From: Ignavibacteriota bacterium
GTDB taxonomy: Bacteria > Bacteroidota > Ignavibacteria > UBA10030 > UBA6906
NCBI GenBank assembly: GCA_031394795.1
Contig: JANNUB010000347.1
Coordinates: forward strand, 1 to 41,756
Direction: 5' to 3'
Length of the DNA stretch: 41,756 nucleotides
Shown here: one piece after another, positions 15,403 to 24,277 of the stretch
Position numbering within the stretch: position 1 is the first letter of the stretch
How the letters are laid out: the number at the start of each line of letters is the position of its first letter
Notes under the pieces: generated by a model
The model's input: the letters and a program-made list of their open reading frames with translations, nothing else
The model's database searches: none
Told to the model about the DNA's origin: nothing
Program-made: the position numbers and the translations under genes

Positions 15403-15502
15403 GGTACCGACCCTCCAACCCTTTGCTTCAAGTCTTTTTCTTTTCACTCTGTCCAAATAAAATCAATCGTCAATGATGAAATGATTCAATGATCCAATAT
15501 CT

Positions 15503-16894
15503 TCACTTGCCCATAAACTCAATCACATCATACCGCGAAAGAATTCCGACAATCTTCTGCTGGTCTTCAATCAGAACGGCGGCGTTCTTCTTTGCCGTCA
15601 TCATCTTTATGACGTCGTCAATCTGCGAATCAATATTGATAACAGGGAATGAAGGCTCCATCACCGAACTGACGGGCGAATCAACCAGCGTCGGGCGTTC
15701 CATCGCCTTCGCCATCAAATCAGAATCGTGAACCGAGCCGACAGGTTTGCCGCGGTCGAGAACAGGAATCTGTGAAATATCTTTCTGCCGCATCAACTCA
15801 AGAGTCTTGCGCACCGAGGTGAGCGGGTCAATCTCGATAAGCTCCCGCAATTCTTTTCCCTTTGATTCCAAAACATATCGCGCCGTAATCTTTTCGGGAC
15901 GAAGGAAGCCGTACTCTTTCATCCAATCGTCGTTGTAAATCTTGCTGATGTAGCGCTCGCCCGAATCGGGGAGAAGCACAACGATGACGTCATCGTCGTT
16001 GAAGTTGTGCGCGTACTTCATCAAGCCAGCGACAGCAGTTCCACACGAGCCGCCGACCATCATTCCTTCCTCACGCGTCATTCGCCGCGCCATCAGGAAC
16101 GACTCGCGGTCGTCGGCTTCAACGACTTCGTCAATGTATTGGAAGTCGAGCGTGCCAGGAATATAATCTTGTCCGATGCCTTCAACCTTGTATGTTTTGA
16201 GGAGCGGCGTAATCTTCTTCGTGTAGAAATATTCTTTCAGCGCCGAGCCTTTCGGGTCAACGCCGATTACTTTGATATTCGGATTTTGTTCTTTCAGAAA
16301 TTTTCCCGTCCCCGTAATCGTTCCGCCCGTGCCGATGCCGCAGACGAAGTAATCAATCTGTCCGCCCGTCTGTTCCCAAATTTCCGGTCCCGTTGTTTTG
16401 TAATGCGCTTCGGGGTTGCGAGGATTGTAATACTGATTTGCGAGAACCGAGTTCGGCGTTTCGCGCACGACTTTCTTCGCAACTTCCGTGTAGCTCTCCG
16501 GCGCGTCGTGCGGCACCGCCGTTGGCGTAACGATGACTTCCGATCCATACGCGCGCAGCAATCGAATTTTTTCGATACTCATCTTGTCCGGCAGCGTGAA
16601 CACCGACTTGTATCCGCGCACCGCCGCAACAAGCGCAAGTCCCATTCCCGTGTTGCCCGATGTTGACTCGACAATTGTTCCGCCGGGTTTCAATCGCCCG
16701 TCCTGTTCCGCTTCATCAATGATAGAAACGCCGATGCGGTCCTTCACCGAGCCGCCCGGATTGAAGAACTCGACCTTCGCGAGAATCAATCCCTTCGCGC
16801 CCTTCGTCACCTTGTTGAGTTTGACAAGTGGCGTTTTGCCGATGGTCTGCAAGATGTTGTCGTAGTAGCAGACTTTGGATAAGTCTTTTGCCAT
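15503..16894 (-). CDS. cystathionine beta-synthase (CysK-like PLP domain + tandem CBS domains)
   Basis: PLP fold with KVEFFNPGGSVKDRIG, SGNTGMGLA and GIGTGGTITG. The C-terminal ~130 aa have CBS-pair character (..ISQIPVLDRGKPVGSV.. / ..AAVLIEDQQKIVGILSRYDVIEF). AAGGA lies upstream of the ATG. Confidence 0.9.
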   Translation of the reverse strand: MAKDLSKVCYYDNILQTIGKTPLVKLNKVTKGAKGLILAKVEFFNPGGSVKDRIGVSIIDEAEQDGRLKPGGTIVESTSGNTGMGLALVAAVRGYKSVFTLPDKMSIEKIRLLRAYGSEVIVTPTAVPHDAPESYTEVAKKVVRETPNSVLANQYYNPRNPEAHYKTTGPEIWEQTGGQIDYFVCGIGTGGTITGTGKFLKEQNPNIKVIGVDPKGSALKEYFYTKKITPLLKTYKVEGIGQDYIPGTLDFQYIDEVVEADDRESFLMARRMTREEGMMVGGSCGTAVAGLMKYAHNFNDDDVIVVLLPDSGERYISKIYNDDWMKEYGFLRPEKITARYVLESKGKELRELIEIDPLTSVRKTLELMRQKDISQIPVLDRGKPVGSVHDSDLMAKAMERPTLVDSPVSSVMEPSFPVINIDSQIDDVIKMMTAKKNAAVLIEDQQKIVGILSRYDVIEFMGK

Positions 16895-16920
16895 GGTGAT
16901 CCTTCAGCGATATATGCGGG

Positions 16921-17877
16921 CTACTGCGGCATTGCCGCGAGTGTGGTCTTTAGTTTCTCTGCAGATTTGTGGAAGCCTTCTTCCTCGTCCGGGCTCAATG
17001 GTAAAGTGAGAACCTCTTCGATGCCGTTCGCACCAACAACGCACGGGAGACTTAAACAAACATCTCGTTCCCCATATTGTCCGGTCATCAGTGTCGACAC
17101 CGAAAGGACTGTTCGATGATTGCCGAGAATTGCTTCGACGATCGAAACGAGACCGAGTCCGATTGCGTAGTATGTGGAGCCTTTGCGTTGAATGATCTCG
17201 TACGCCGCGTCGCGTACGCCCCTAAACAAGGTATCCATCGTCGCTTGGTTGTACACTTTTTTGCTGAGCGGAGCAAATTCCTGTAGTCTCACGCCGCCGA
17301 TGTTGGCGAGACTCCAAACTGGAAGTTCCGAATCACCATGCTCACCAATGATGTACGCGTGAACGCTTCGCGCGTCAACATCATAATACTGTCCAAGCAG
17401 ATGACGAAAGCGCGACGTATCAAGAATTGTTCCCGAGCCGATGACCTTATCCGGAGAGAGGTTCGACTCCGTCAGAGATATATATGTAAGAATGTCAACA
17501 GGATTTGTTGCGATGAGAATGATGCCGCTGGGATTGTTCTGCACAACATGGGGCACAATCGTTCGGAAGATGGCGGCGTTGCGCGCCAGAAGATCGAGGC
17601 GCGACTCACCGGGCTTCTGCGACGCACCGGCGCATATCACCACAACATTACAATGGGCGAGATCGGAGTAATCTCCCACCGAGATCTTCATCGGGCTGCC
17701 GAAGGAGAGTCCGTGGTTCAGATCCATGGCTTCGCCTTCGGCTTTCCTTGTGTCGATGTCAACGAGAACAAGCTCGGACGCCACTTCGCGGATCATCAAT
17801 GCATAGGCGAATGAAGCGCCAACATCGCCGGTGCCCACAAGTCCGACTTTTCTCTTGCCATGAAGTATAGTTGTCAA
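16921..17877 (-). CDS. ldh: L-lactate dehydrogenase
   Basis: GTGDVGASFAYAL, VLVDI, GASQKPGESRLDLL (Gln at the substrate-specificity position, i.e. LDH rather than MDH) and IGEHGDSELPVWS. TTG start 1 nt after the larB stop. Confidence 0.9.
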   Translation of the reverse strand: MTTILHGKRKVGLVGTGDVGASFAYALMIREVASELVLVDIDTRKAEGEAMDLNHGLSFGSPMKISVGDYSDLAHCNVVVICAGASQKPGESRLDLLARNAAIFRTIVPHVVQNNPSGIILIATNPVDILTYISLTESNLSPDKVIGSGTILDTSRFRHLLGQYYDVDARSVHAYIIGEHGDSELPVWSLANIGGVRLQEFAPLSKKVYNQATMDTLFRGVRDAAYEIIQRKGSTYYAIGLGLVSIVEAILGNHRTVLSVSTLMTGQYGERDVCLSLPCVVGANGIEEVLTLPLSPDEEEGFHKSAEKLKTTLAAMPQ

Positions 17878-17878
17878 T

Positions 17879-18634
17879 CTACTCCCGATTTCTGTTTATG
17901 GTGCTTGCAGCGAATCCCGCGCCGAATCCATTATCAATATTCACAACCACAACTCCTGCCGCGCAAGAATTCAACATCGTGAGTAGAGGCGCGACGCCGC
18001 TAAAATTCGCGCCGTACCCAACCGATGTGGGCACGGCGATGACGGGAACGTCCACCAATCCGCCGACAACACTCGGCAGCGCGCCATCCATGCCGGCGAC
18101 AACAATAATAACAGACGCGGAACGAAGTTTCTTGCTTTGCGTCAAGATGCGGTGAATGCCCGCGACGCCGACATCAGTCAGGCGGTCAACGTCGTTGCCC
18201 ATCAGCGTTGCGGTTTCATACGCTTCTTCCGCGACCGGCAAGTCCGAAGTTCCAGCGGTGACGATGAGAATTGTTCCGCGTCCATTTTTCTTTGCTGAAT
18301 TTTCATTTGCGGAAATCGTTCGCGCGAGTTCATTGTAGCGGGCGTTCCGAACAACGTTCTTCACGGCCGCAAATTGTTTTTTGCTCGCGCGAGTCGCGAG
18401 CAAAACGCTTCCGCGTTGAGCAATTCGCTTCGCAATCTCCGCAACCTGTTTCTCATTTTTGCCATCACAAAAAATCACTTCGGGAAACCCCTGCCGCATT
18501 TCGCGGTGATGGTCGAGCGTCGCGAAGCCGAGCGATTCCGTCATCGAAGATGATATCGCATGAACGACTTGCTCCTCCGAAACTTTCCCTCGCTTGAATT
18601 GCTGAAGAAGTTTTTTGATTTCGGGTTTGAGCAT
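17879..18634 (-). CDS. larB: nickel-pincer cofactor biosynthesis protein LarB (PurE-like carboxylase/hydrolase)
   Basis: N-terminal LDHHREMRQGFPEVIF. PurE-like core ILIVTAGTSDLPVAEEA .. VIIVVAGMDGALPSVVGGLVDVPVIAVPTSVGYG .. LLTMLNSCAAGVVVVNIDNGFGA. Confidence 0.8.
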   Translation of the reverse strand: MLKPEIKKLLQQFKRGKVSEEQVVHAISSSMTESLGFATLDHHREMRQGFPEVIFCDGKNEKQVAEIAKRIAQRGSVLLATRASKKQFAAVKNVVRNARYNELARTISANENSAKKNGRGTILIVTAGTSDLPVAEEAYETATLMGNDVDRLTDVGVAGIHRILTQSKKLRSASVIIVVAGMDGALPSVVGGLVDVPVIAVPTSVGYGANFSGVAPLLTMLNSCAAGVVVVNIDNGFGAGFAASTINRNRE

Positions 18635-18675
18635 GTACTGTAATTTCGGAAAGAGTGAACGGGGGGAACTCTTGA

Positions 18676-18858
18676 CTACTGCGCGGCTTGCTTTGTCCAG
18701 TCTTCGATGACAATGCCTTCGAGTCTTCCTAAGTGCTGGACATTGTTTGTTACCATAACCATTCCGTTAGCGATAGAAGTCGAACCGATAAGTATGTCTT
18801 CATGCTGACCCTTCAAGTAAAAAGAGCAGATGTTCGCGTCGAGGAGATACGTTTTCAA
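18676..18858 (-). pseudogene. internally deleted PIN-domain (VapC-like) toxin remnant, 60 codons
   Basis: The N-terminus MKTYLLDANICSFYLKG (first PIN strand with Asp) joins directly to a typical PIN C-terminus EDILIGSTSIANGMVMVTNNVQHLGRLEGIVIEDW. About 70 residues of a normal ~130-aa VapC, including the central acidic residue, are missing. The TTG start overlaps the upstream stop (TTGA). Confidence 0.55.
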
Positions 18859-19088
18859 AACTCAACAACTCGGTCTGTGTCCACTCTTGAATCGCGGATA
18901 CGCTGAATCATTTCTTCGGCAGTTTCGTCTCCTTGCCACGCGCCAAACAACGAATCAAGCTTGCCTGCGGGTGCAGGCGGTGAGGCAAGCGAATCGGACA
19001 GTCTCTTGATGATCTCCCGTTTTATTTCTGGACTCAGGTTTTTCATCAAACTCAAATAGGTATCTGCAAACGATCGTGTCGCCTCCAC
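18855..19088 (-). CDS. putative type II antitoxin partnered with the PIN remnant
   Basis: 77 aa, overlapping the PIN remnant start. C-terminal pattern SLFGAWQGDETAEEMIQRIRDSR is common in small antitoxin-like proteins upstream of PIN genes in FCB genomes (memory-based). Confidence 0.5.
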   Translation of the reverse strand: MEATRSFADTYLSLMKNLSPEIKREIIKRLSDSLASPPAPAGKLDSLFGAWQGDETAEEMIQRIRDSRVDTDRVVEF

Positions 19089-19149
19089 GTTTCACCTTTT
19101 ACATATAGTCAATAATTTTCTTGGGTCAATATACCCGTTTCAACGAAGC

Positions 19150-19166
19150 GAATCAACCGTTGATTC
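19150..19166. promoter_or_regulatory. 17-bp perfect palindrome GAATCAAC-c-GTTGATTC in the divergent antitoxin/plsY intergenic region (candidate operator)
   Basis: Read directly. It lies 62-78 nt upstream of the antitoxin start codon (19088). Confidence 0.3.
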
Positions 19167-19225
19167 TCCAACTCATTTTCATTATTCTGTTCAACGCACA
19201 CAACACAAACAGCAAACATTGGAAC

Positions 19226-19843
19226 GTGCTTGCATACATCATCGCTGGGGGAATCGGTTATCTCATCGGCTCGTTTCCGACGGCGTACTTCTTGGTGAAA
19301 TGGAAATCGAACGTGGACATCCGCAACGCAGGAAGCGGCAACGTCGGAACGCTGAACAGCTACGAGGTGACGCAGTCGAGAGTTGTCGGCATAATTGTGT
19401 TGCTTGTTGATTTGTTCAAAGGTGTACTCGCCATCCTGGTTGTGAAGGCTGTGTTGGGCAGCGAGTTCATAGCGCTCGCGTGCGCGGGGATTGGCGCGGT
19501 GCTTGGACACAACTACCCTCTCTGGCTCGGGTTCAAAGGAGGAAGAGGACTCGCAACTGCCGCGGGTGTCATGCTTGTTCTCGGTTGGGCATGTGTCCCG
19601 TTCTGGTGTGCGGCCTGGGTTATCGGCAGGAAAATTTCCAACGATGTAAATGTGGGAAATGCGGTCGCATCCCTCGGGGTATTGCTCTTCGTGTGGCTGA
19701 GTTCTTCGGATGTACTCTCGAAGATGATCTCCGGAGATGCACCGATGATGCAATTCAAAATCTTTGCAACCGTTTTGATGGTTGTCATCCTGGGAAGATT
19801 GGTGGAGCCTGTGCGGGAGTATCTCGGGAAACGTATAGTGTAA
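19226..19843 (+). CDS. plsY: glycerol-3-phosphate acyltransferase PlsY
   Basis: GSFPTAYFLVKW, RNAGSGNVGTLN, DLFKG, GHNYPLWLGFKGGRGLATAAG. The ORF is open from 19121, but the first 35 codons do not resemble PlsY. GTG 19226 (VLAYIIAGGIGYLIGSFP) gives the usual length. The start is uncertain. Confidence 0.85.
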   Translation: MLAYIIAGGIGYLIGSFPTAYFLVKWKSNVDIRNAGSGNVGTLNSYEVTQSRVVGIIVLLVDLFKGVLAILVVKAVLGSEFIALACAGIGAVLGHNYPLWLGFKGGRGLATAAGVMLVLGWACVPFWCAAWVIGRKISNDVNVGNAVASLGVLLFVWLSSSDVLSKMISGDAPMMQFKIFATVLMVVILGRLVEPVREYLGKRIV

Positions 19844-21046
19844 ATGAATAAGAGGATCATGTTCAGTCTTGCGGTCATTCCCCTGCTTGTCGGGGGTGTC
19901 ATCGGGTACCGTGTTGGGCATTCATCGGGCAGCGAACGTGCGGCAACAACGGAAAAAGTTCTACCGCTGTTCACCGCGGCTTCACCAACAGAGAGTGAAC
20001 CGCAAAACCGCGATTCGGTCAATAACGCCGTGTCGTCTTCGCGACGGAGTGCAATTACGAGGACCGTTGCGCAATGCAGCCCCGCCGTCGTCGGCATCAA
20101 CGTGCTCGAAGTGCGGCAATACCGCTACCGAAGTCCCTGGGGCGACGACCCGTTCTTCCGCCAGTTCTTTCCCGACCAGACCTATACCCAGCAACTCCAG
20201 GAGCTTGGCACGGGGTTCCTCGTGTCACCCGACGGCTACATCGTTACGAACGACCATGTCGCGGGCAATGCGAAAGAAATTTCAGTCACGATGACGAATG
20301 GCGAGAAGTACAAGGCGGAACTCATCGGCACGGACAAGACCACCGATATCGCGCTTCTCAAAATAGAAGGAAGTGGCCTACCATTTCTGAAACTCGGAAA
20401 CTCGGATGACGTCGTCATCGGTGAGTGGGTGATAGCGTTCGGAAATCCGTTCGGGTTGTTCGATCAAAACAACAAGCCGACTGTTACGGTTGGCGTTGTC
20501 AGCACGACGAATATCAACTTGAAGGCGCAAGAGGGGCGTACGTATCGCGGCATGATTCAAACAGACGCCGCGATCAATTCCGGCAATAGCGGCGGTCCGC
20601 TCGTGAACAGTGTCGGCGAAGTTATCGGCGTCAACTCCGTCATCTACACCCCGAACCAAGGAAACATCGGACTTGGGTTTGCAATTCCCGTCAATCGTGT
20701 GCAAACGATTATTGCGGAGCTGAAACGCAGCGGCAAGATCGAGCGCGAGTTCTACACCGGTCTTGAAATCCAGAATGTGGACGCGCGTGTTGCCCGGTAT
20801 TTCCAGCTTGAAAAAGCTGAAGGCGTCATCATCAGCAACGTTGAGCGTCGAAGCCCCGGCGAACGTGCCGGGTTCAAGCCGGGAGACATCATACGCGAAG
20901 TCAATGGAGAAAAGATCGCCGATGAGATCTCCATGATGTCCGTCATCGAGGACGCAAAAATCGGTGACGTGCTGAAGGTGAAAGTGCTGCGTGATCGGAG
21001 AGTTGTTGAGATGAGCCTCAAATTGGAAAAACGTCCATCGTCGTGA
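19844..21046 (+). CDS. HtrA/DegP-family serine protease (trypsin-like domain + one PDZ)
   Basis: The ATG immediately follows the plsY stop. TM/signal MFSLAVIPLLVGGVIGY. Catalytic-triad context TNDHV, DIALLKI, GNSGGPLVN. PDZ-like C-terminus (GVIISNVERRSPGERAGFKPGDIIREVNGEKI). Confidence 0.9.
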   Translation: MNKRIMFSLAVIPLLVGGVIGYRVGHSSGSERAATTEKVLPLFTAASPTESEPQNRDSVNNAVSSSRRSAITRTVAQCSPAVVGINVLEVRQYRYRSPWGDDPFFRQFFPDQTYTQQLQELGTGFLVSPDGYIVTNDHVAGNAKEISVTMTNGEKYKAELIGTDKTTDIALLKIEGSGLPFLKLGNSDDVVIGEWVIAFGNPFGLFDQNNKPTVTVGVVSTTNINLKAQEGRTYRGMIQTDAAINSGNSGGPLVNSVGEVIGVNSVIYTPNQGNIGLGFAIPVNRVQTIIAELKRSGKIEREFYTGLEIQNVDARVARYFQLEKAEGVIISNVERRSPGERAGFKPGDIIREVNGEKIADEISMMSVIEDAKIGDVLKVKVLRDRRVVEMSLKLEKRPSS

Positions 21047-21080
21047 TGGTTTTTTTGAACATCGTTTGTACGGTGCCAAC

Positions 21081-21623
21081 ATGAAAAGAACCCTATTGTT
21101 GTTATTCGCTGGGACTCTTGCACAAAGTGTGCTTGCGCAGAGTGTGCTGGGGCAAACATTCCTCTCGGTCCAGTACGAAGTTGCTGAGCCGACGGAGAAT
21201 TTTCGCCAGGCTGCCAATACAGGATTTGGTGTCAAAGCAGTGTACATGAATTTTGTGTCGCCGCGTTTTGCCATGACCGGCTCGATAGGCTACACGTCGT
21301 GGGGATCCCGTGCCCCTTTCAACAACTATAAATACGTGGCAATTCCCGTGCACCTTGGGACCGATTTTCTGCTCTCGAGAGGAGTCATTGCACCGTACAT
21401 CGGTATGTCGCTCGGGATGGATTATGTGCGGACGCGGGGGGCAAACTCGACGGCGAACAGTGACAAGAGCGAGCTGAAGTTCGGATTCAAATCGCACATT
21501 GGCGTCGGCATTTTTGTTGGCGGCCTCATCGGCGTTCTTCTCGCGGGTTCGTACAACATCACTTATACGAATCCTGCGTCAAAATTTTTCTCGCTCGATG
21601 CGGGGTTGGCCGTCGCGTTGTGA
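21081..21623 (+). CDS. small outer-membrane beta-barrel protein (OmpW/OMP_b-brl-like)
   Basis: Signal MKRTLLLLFAGTLAQSVLAQSVLGQ, then alternating-hydrophobicity strands with aromatic girdles (GFGVKAVYMNF, GSIGYTSW, KFGFKSHIGVGIF, AGSYNITY). Function not assignable. Confidence 0.65.
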   Translation: MKRTLLLLFAGTLAQSVLAQSVLGQTFLSVQYEVAEPTENFRQAANTGFGVKAVYMNFVSPRFAMTGSIGYTSWGSRAPFNNYKYVAIPVHLGTDFLLSRGVIAPYIGMSLGMDYVRTRGANSTANSDKSELKFGFKSHIGVGIFVGGLIGVLLAGSYNITYTNPASKFFSLDAGLAVAL

Positions 21624-21649
21624 ACTGCCGGCATTTTTTGTAAGTTAAT

Positions 21650-21681
21650 AAGCGGAGGAAGTTTTCTCCGCTTTATTATAT
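21650..21681 (+). terminator. probable rho-independent terminator after the OMP gene
   Basis: AAGCGGAG gaagtttt CTCCGCTT followed by TATTATAT (weak U tract). Confidence 0.5.
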
Positions 21682-21727
21682 CTCCTCTCCGAGGGAGTCC
21701 TTCGGACTCGTTCATTCCGTATAGACA

Positions 21728-23026
21728 ATGATTGCGCGTTACACCCGTCCGGCAATGGGCAAAATCTGGGACGACGATAACAAGTTCGGCATTTGGCTTG
21801 AGATCGAATTGCTCGCGTGCGAAGCACAGGCGGAGCTTGGCGTCATTCCAAAAGACGCGGTGCGGCTCATGCGGGAACGGGCGTCATTCAACGTTGCGCG
21901 CATTGACGAGATTGAGCGGGAGGTGAAGCACGACGTGATCGCATTCCTGACGAACGTTGGCGAGCATATCGGACCCGAAGCCCGTTTCATGCATGTAGGC
22001 ATGACCTCGTCGGATGTTCTCGACACGTGCCTCGCCGTGCAGATGAAACAGAGCGGTGAGATGCTGCTCGACGATTTGACCAAACTGAACGACGTTCTTG
22101 CCAGGCGTGCGAAGGAATTCAAATACACCATCATGGTCGGCAGGACGCACGGGATTCATGCAGAGCCGACGACATTCGGGCTGAAACTCGCGCTCTGGTA
22201 CGATGAGACGCGACGCAACATCGCTCGGCTTCAGTCGGCGATCGAGAGGATTTCTGTCGGGCAAATTTCCGGCGCGGTCGGGACGTTCGAGCATTTGAGT
22301 CCGAAGGTTGAAGAATATGTTTGTCGGAAGTTAGGATTGAAGCCCGCGCCCGTGTCAACACAAATTCTTCAACGCGATCGTCATGCCGAGTTCATGAGTG
22401 TCCTTGCGCTGGTGGGAAGTTCGCTGGAAAAATTTTCGACGGAGATTCGTCATCTCCAAAAAACGGAAGTGCTTGAGGCGGAAGAATATTTTTCGAAAGG
22501 TCAGAAAGGTTCTTCCGCGATGCCGCACAAGCGCAACCCGATTACGTGCGAACGCATTGCAGGATTGTCGAGAGTGCTGCGAGGAAATGCAATTGCGGCG
22601 ATGGAAAATGTCGCGCTCTGGCATGAGCGGGACATTACCCATTCGTCCGTTGAACGCGTCGTGATTCCTGATAGCTGTATTCTTCTCGACTACACGCTCA
22701 ATCTTATGACTGATGTCTTGGACAAGTTGCTCGTCTATCCTGAAAACATGATGAAGAACTTAGAGCGTACGCACGGATTAGTTTTCTCGCAATCGGTGTT
22801 GCTTGCGTTGACGAAGAAAGAAATGAAGCGCGAAGACGCGTACAGCGTTGTTCAATCCTGTGCATTGGAAACGTGGCAAACAGGAAAGAACTTCAAGGAC
22901 CTCTTGCTTGCGAATGCCGAAATCGTTCGCGTGCTTGGGAAAGAAGCGATTGAAGCGTTGTTTGATTTGAAGAAGAGTATTCGGAATGTGGATTACATTT
23001 TTGAGAAAGTAGGACTAGCAGGATGA
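21728..23026 (+). CDS. purB: adenylosuccinate lyase
   Basis: MIARYTRPAMGKIWDDDNKF, the fumarate-lyase signature region GSSAMPHKRNP, 432 aa. Colinear with PurB as I remember it. Confidence 0.92.
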   Translation: MIARYTRPAMGKIWDDDNKFGIWLEIELLACEAQAELGVIPKDAVRLMRERASFNVARIDEIEREVKHDVIAFLTNVGEHIGPEARFMHVGMTSSDVLDTCLAVQMKQSGEMLLDDLTKLNDVLARRAKEFKYTIMVGRTHGIHAEPTTFGLKLALWYDETRRNIARLQSAIERISVGQISGAVGTFEHLSPKVEEYVCRKLGLKPAPVSTQILQRDRHAEFMSVLALVGSSLEKFSTEIRHLQKTEVLEAEEYFSKGQKGSSAMPHKRNPITCERIAGLSRVLRGNAIAAMENVALWHERDITHSSVERVVIPDSCILLDYTLNLMTDVLDKLLVYPENMMKNLERTHGLVFSQSVLLALTKKEMKREDAYSVVQSCALETWQTGKNFKDLLLANAEIVRVLGKEAIEALFDLKKSIRNVDYIFEKVGLAG

Positions 23027-24225
23027 AAGAGCAAAGTCCATTCAGTCCTGGTTTGCCCGTTCCTATAGAGTACTTCGTCGGGAGGATGGATGAGATCATG
23101 CGCATTGAACGGGCGCTCGCTCAGGCTGCGACGGGCGTAAACAAGAACTTATTTATTACAGGCGAACGTGGAATTGGGAAAAGTTCACTCGCAATTTTCA
23201 CGACGTTCAAAGCTGAACGTGATTTTCAGTTCTTGACTGCTCATTGTCTTTTGGGATCAACAAAGACAGTTCAAGATGTCTGCGCCACAATTTTCAAACA
23301 ACTCTTGCAAGCAGCCTCAAGCGGGGGAAGGCTTGAGAAAATCAGAGGTGTGTTTGGTAAATACATCTCCTCGATAGACGTATTTGGCGTTACGGTCGAG
23401 TTGGCGAAGGATTCGCAAACACAAGAAGTGCTTGTTTCAAATTTTTTGCCGCTGCTTCGTCAGGTACACGATAATCTTCGCGACGATCGAAAAGGGCTGT
23501 GTCTGGTATTGGATGACTTGAATGGAATCACAGGACAGCCAGAGCTCGCGCTTTTTCTAAAGAGCTTGGTTGATGGCATAGCCGCCGATTATCATGAGAA
23601 GTTACCGCTTCTTCTGGTTTTAGTAGGAACGCCGGAGCGAATGGACGACATGCGTTCGCATCAACCGTCTATCAGTCGAATCTTTGAAGTGGTTGAGCTT
23701 TCATTGATGTCGGATGACGAGTCATCTCGGTTCTTTGAAAGAGCATTTTCAAGTGTTGGGCACGTGATTGAACCGTTGGCGTCGGAAATTATGGTCAAAT
23801 ATTGTGGCGGATTTCCTGTTTTGCTGCATGAAGTTGGTGACGCCGTGTTTTGGGAAGACCGCGACGCGAATGTCACGTCGGGAGATGCGTTGTTTGGTGT
23901 TGGCGTCGCCGCCGAAAATATCGGACGAAAATATCTTGACCGACAAGTCTATCAAGCGATCAAAAGTAAACTTTATCGTTCTCTTCTGAGAAAGATCATC
24001 GCGCACCGACCCGTCATGAGTTCGGAGGCGCACACAACGATTACGAGAGAAATGCTCGGCAAAGCGAGCGACGCAGAAAAAAAGAATTTTGAAAACTTCA
24101 TACAGAAAATGAAAAAACTTGGCGTGCTGAAGGACTCGGAGGAACGCGGCAAGTATGTTTTTACAAATGAACTCTACGCGCTTTACATGGCGCTCGAAGC
24201 AAAAAGAGAATCGAAATATTTATGA
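23023..24225 (+). CDS. P-loop NTPase (AAA_16 / archaeal-ATPase / ORC-Cdc6-like) with C-terminal winged-helix-like domain
   Basis: FVGRMDEIMRIERAL .. LFITGERGIGKSSLA (Walker A); LCLVLDDLNGI (Walker B); LLLVLVGTPE; C-terminus FIQKMKKLGVLKDSEERGKYVFTNELYALYM resembles a wHTH. The start ATG overlaps the purB stop (ATGA). Markedly lower G+C than its neighbours on spot counts. Confidence 0.7.
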   Translation: MKEQSPFSPGLPVPIEYFVGRMDEIMRIERALAQAATGVNKNLFITGERGIGKSSLAIFTTFKAERDFQFLTAHCLLGSTKTVQDVCATIFKQLLQAASSGGRLEKIRGVFGKYISSIDVFGVTVELAKDSQTQEVLVSNFLPLLRQVHDNLRDDRKGLCLVLDDLNGITGQPELALFLKSLVDGIAADYHEKLPLLLVLVGTPERMDDMRSHQPSISRIFEVVELSLMSDDESSRFFERAFSSVGHVIEPLASEIMVKYCGGFPVLLHEVGDAVFWEDRDANVTSGDALFGVGVAAENIGRKYLDRQVYQAIKSKLYRSLLRKIIAHRPVMSSEAHTTITREMLGKASDAEKKNFENFIQKMKKLGVLKDSEERGKYVFTNELYALYMALEAKRESKYL

Positions 24226-24277
24226 GAACGACGAAGTGAATTCTTCCGAAAAATGAAAAACCACAACAGGAAATTGC

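Noticed and set aside
14990-15502. SAM, T-box or another riboswitch upstream of the trans-sulfuration enzyme gene; also tmRNA, RNase P or SRP RNA in this long spacer.
   Set aside because: I could not find the conserved cores I know for these RNAs (for example the SAM-I four-way junction strings or the RNase P GAGGAAAGUCC box). The protein-remnant explanation fits better. An Rfam scan would still be needed to exclude it formally.
21119-21148. 15-nt imperfect tandem duplication (AQSVL AQSVL) in the signal peptide of the small OMP.
   Set aside because: It is real in the sequence but short, imperfect and in frame. The most likely explanation is a trivial duplication lengthening the signal-peptide h-region, so it is not worth a separate finding.
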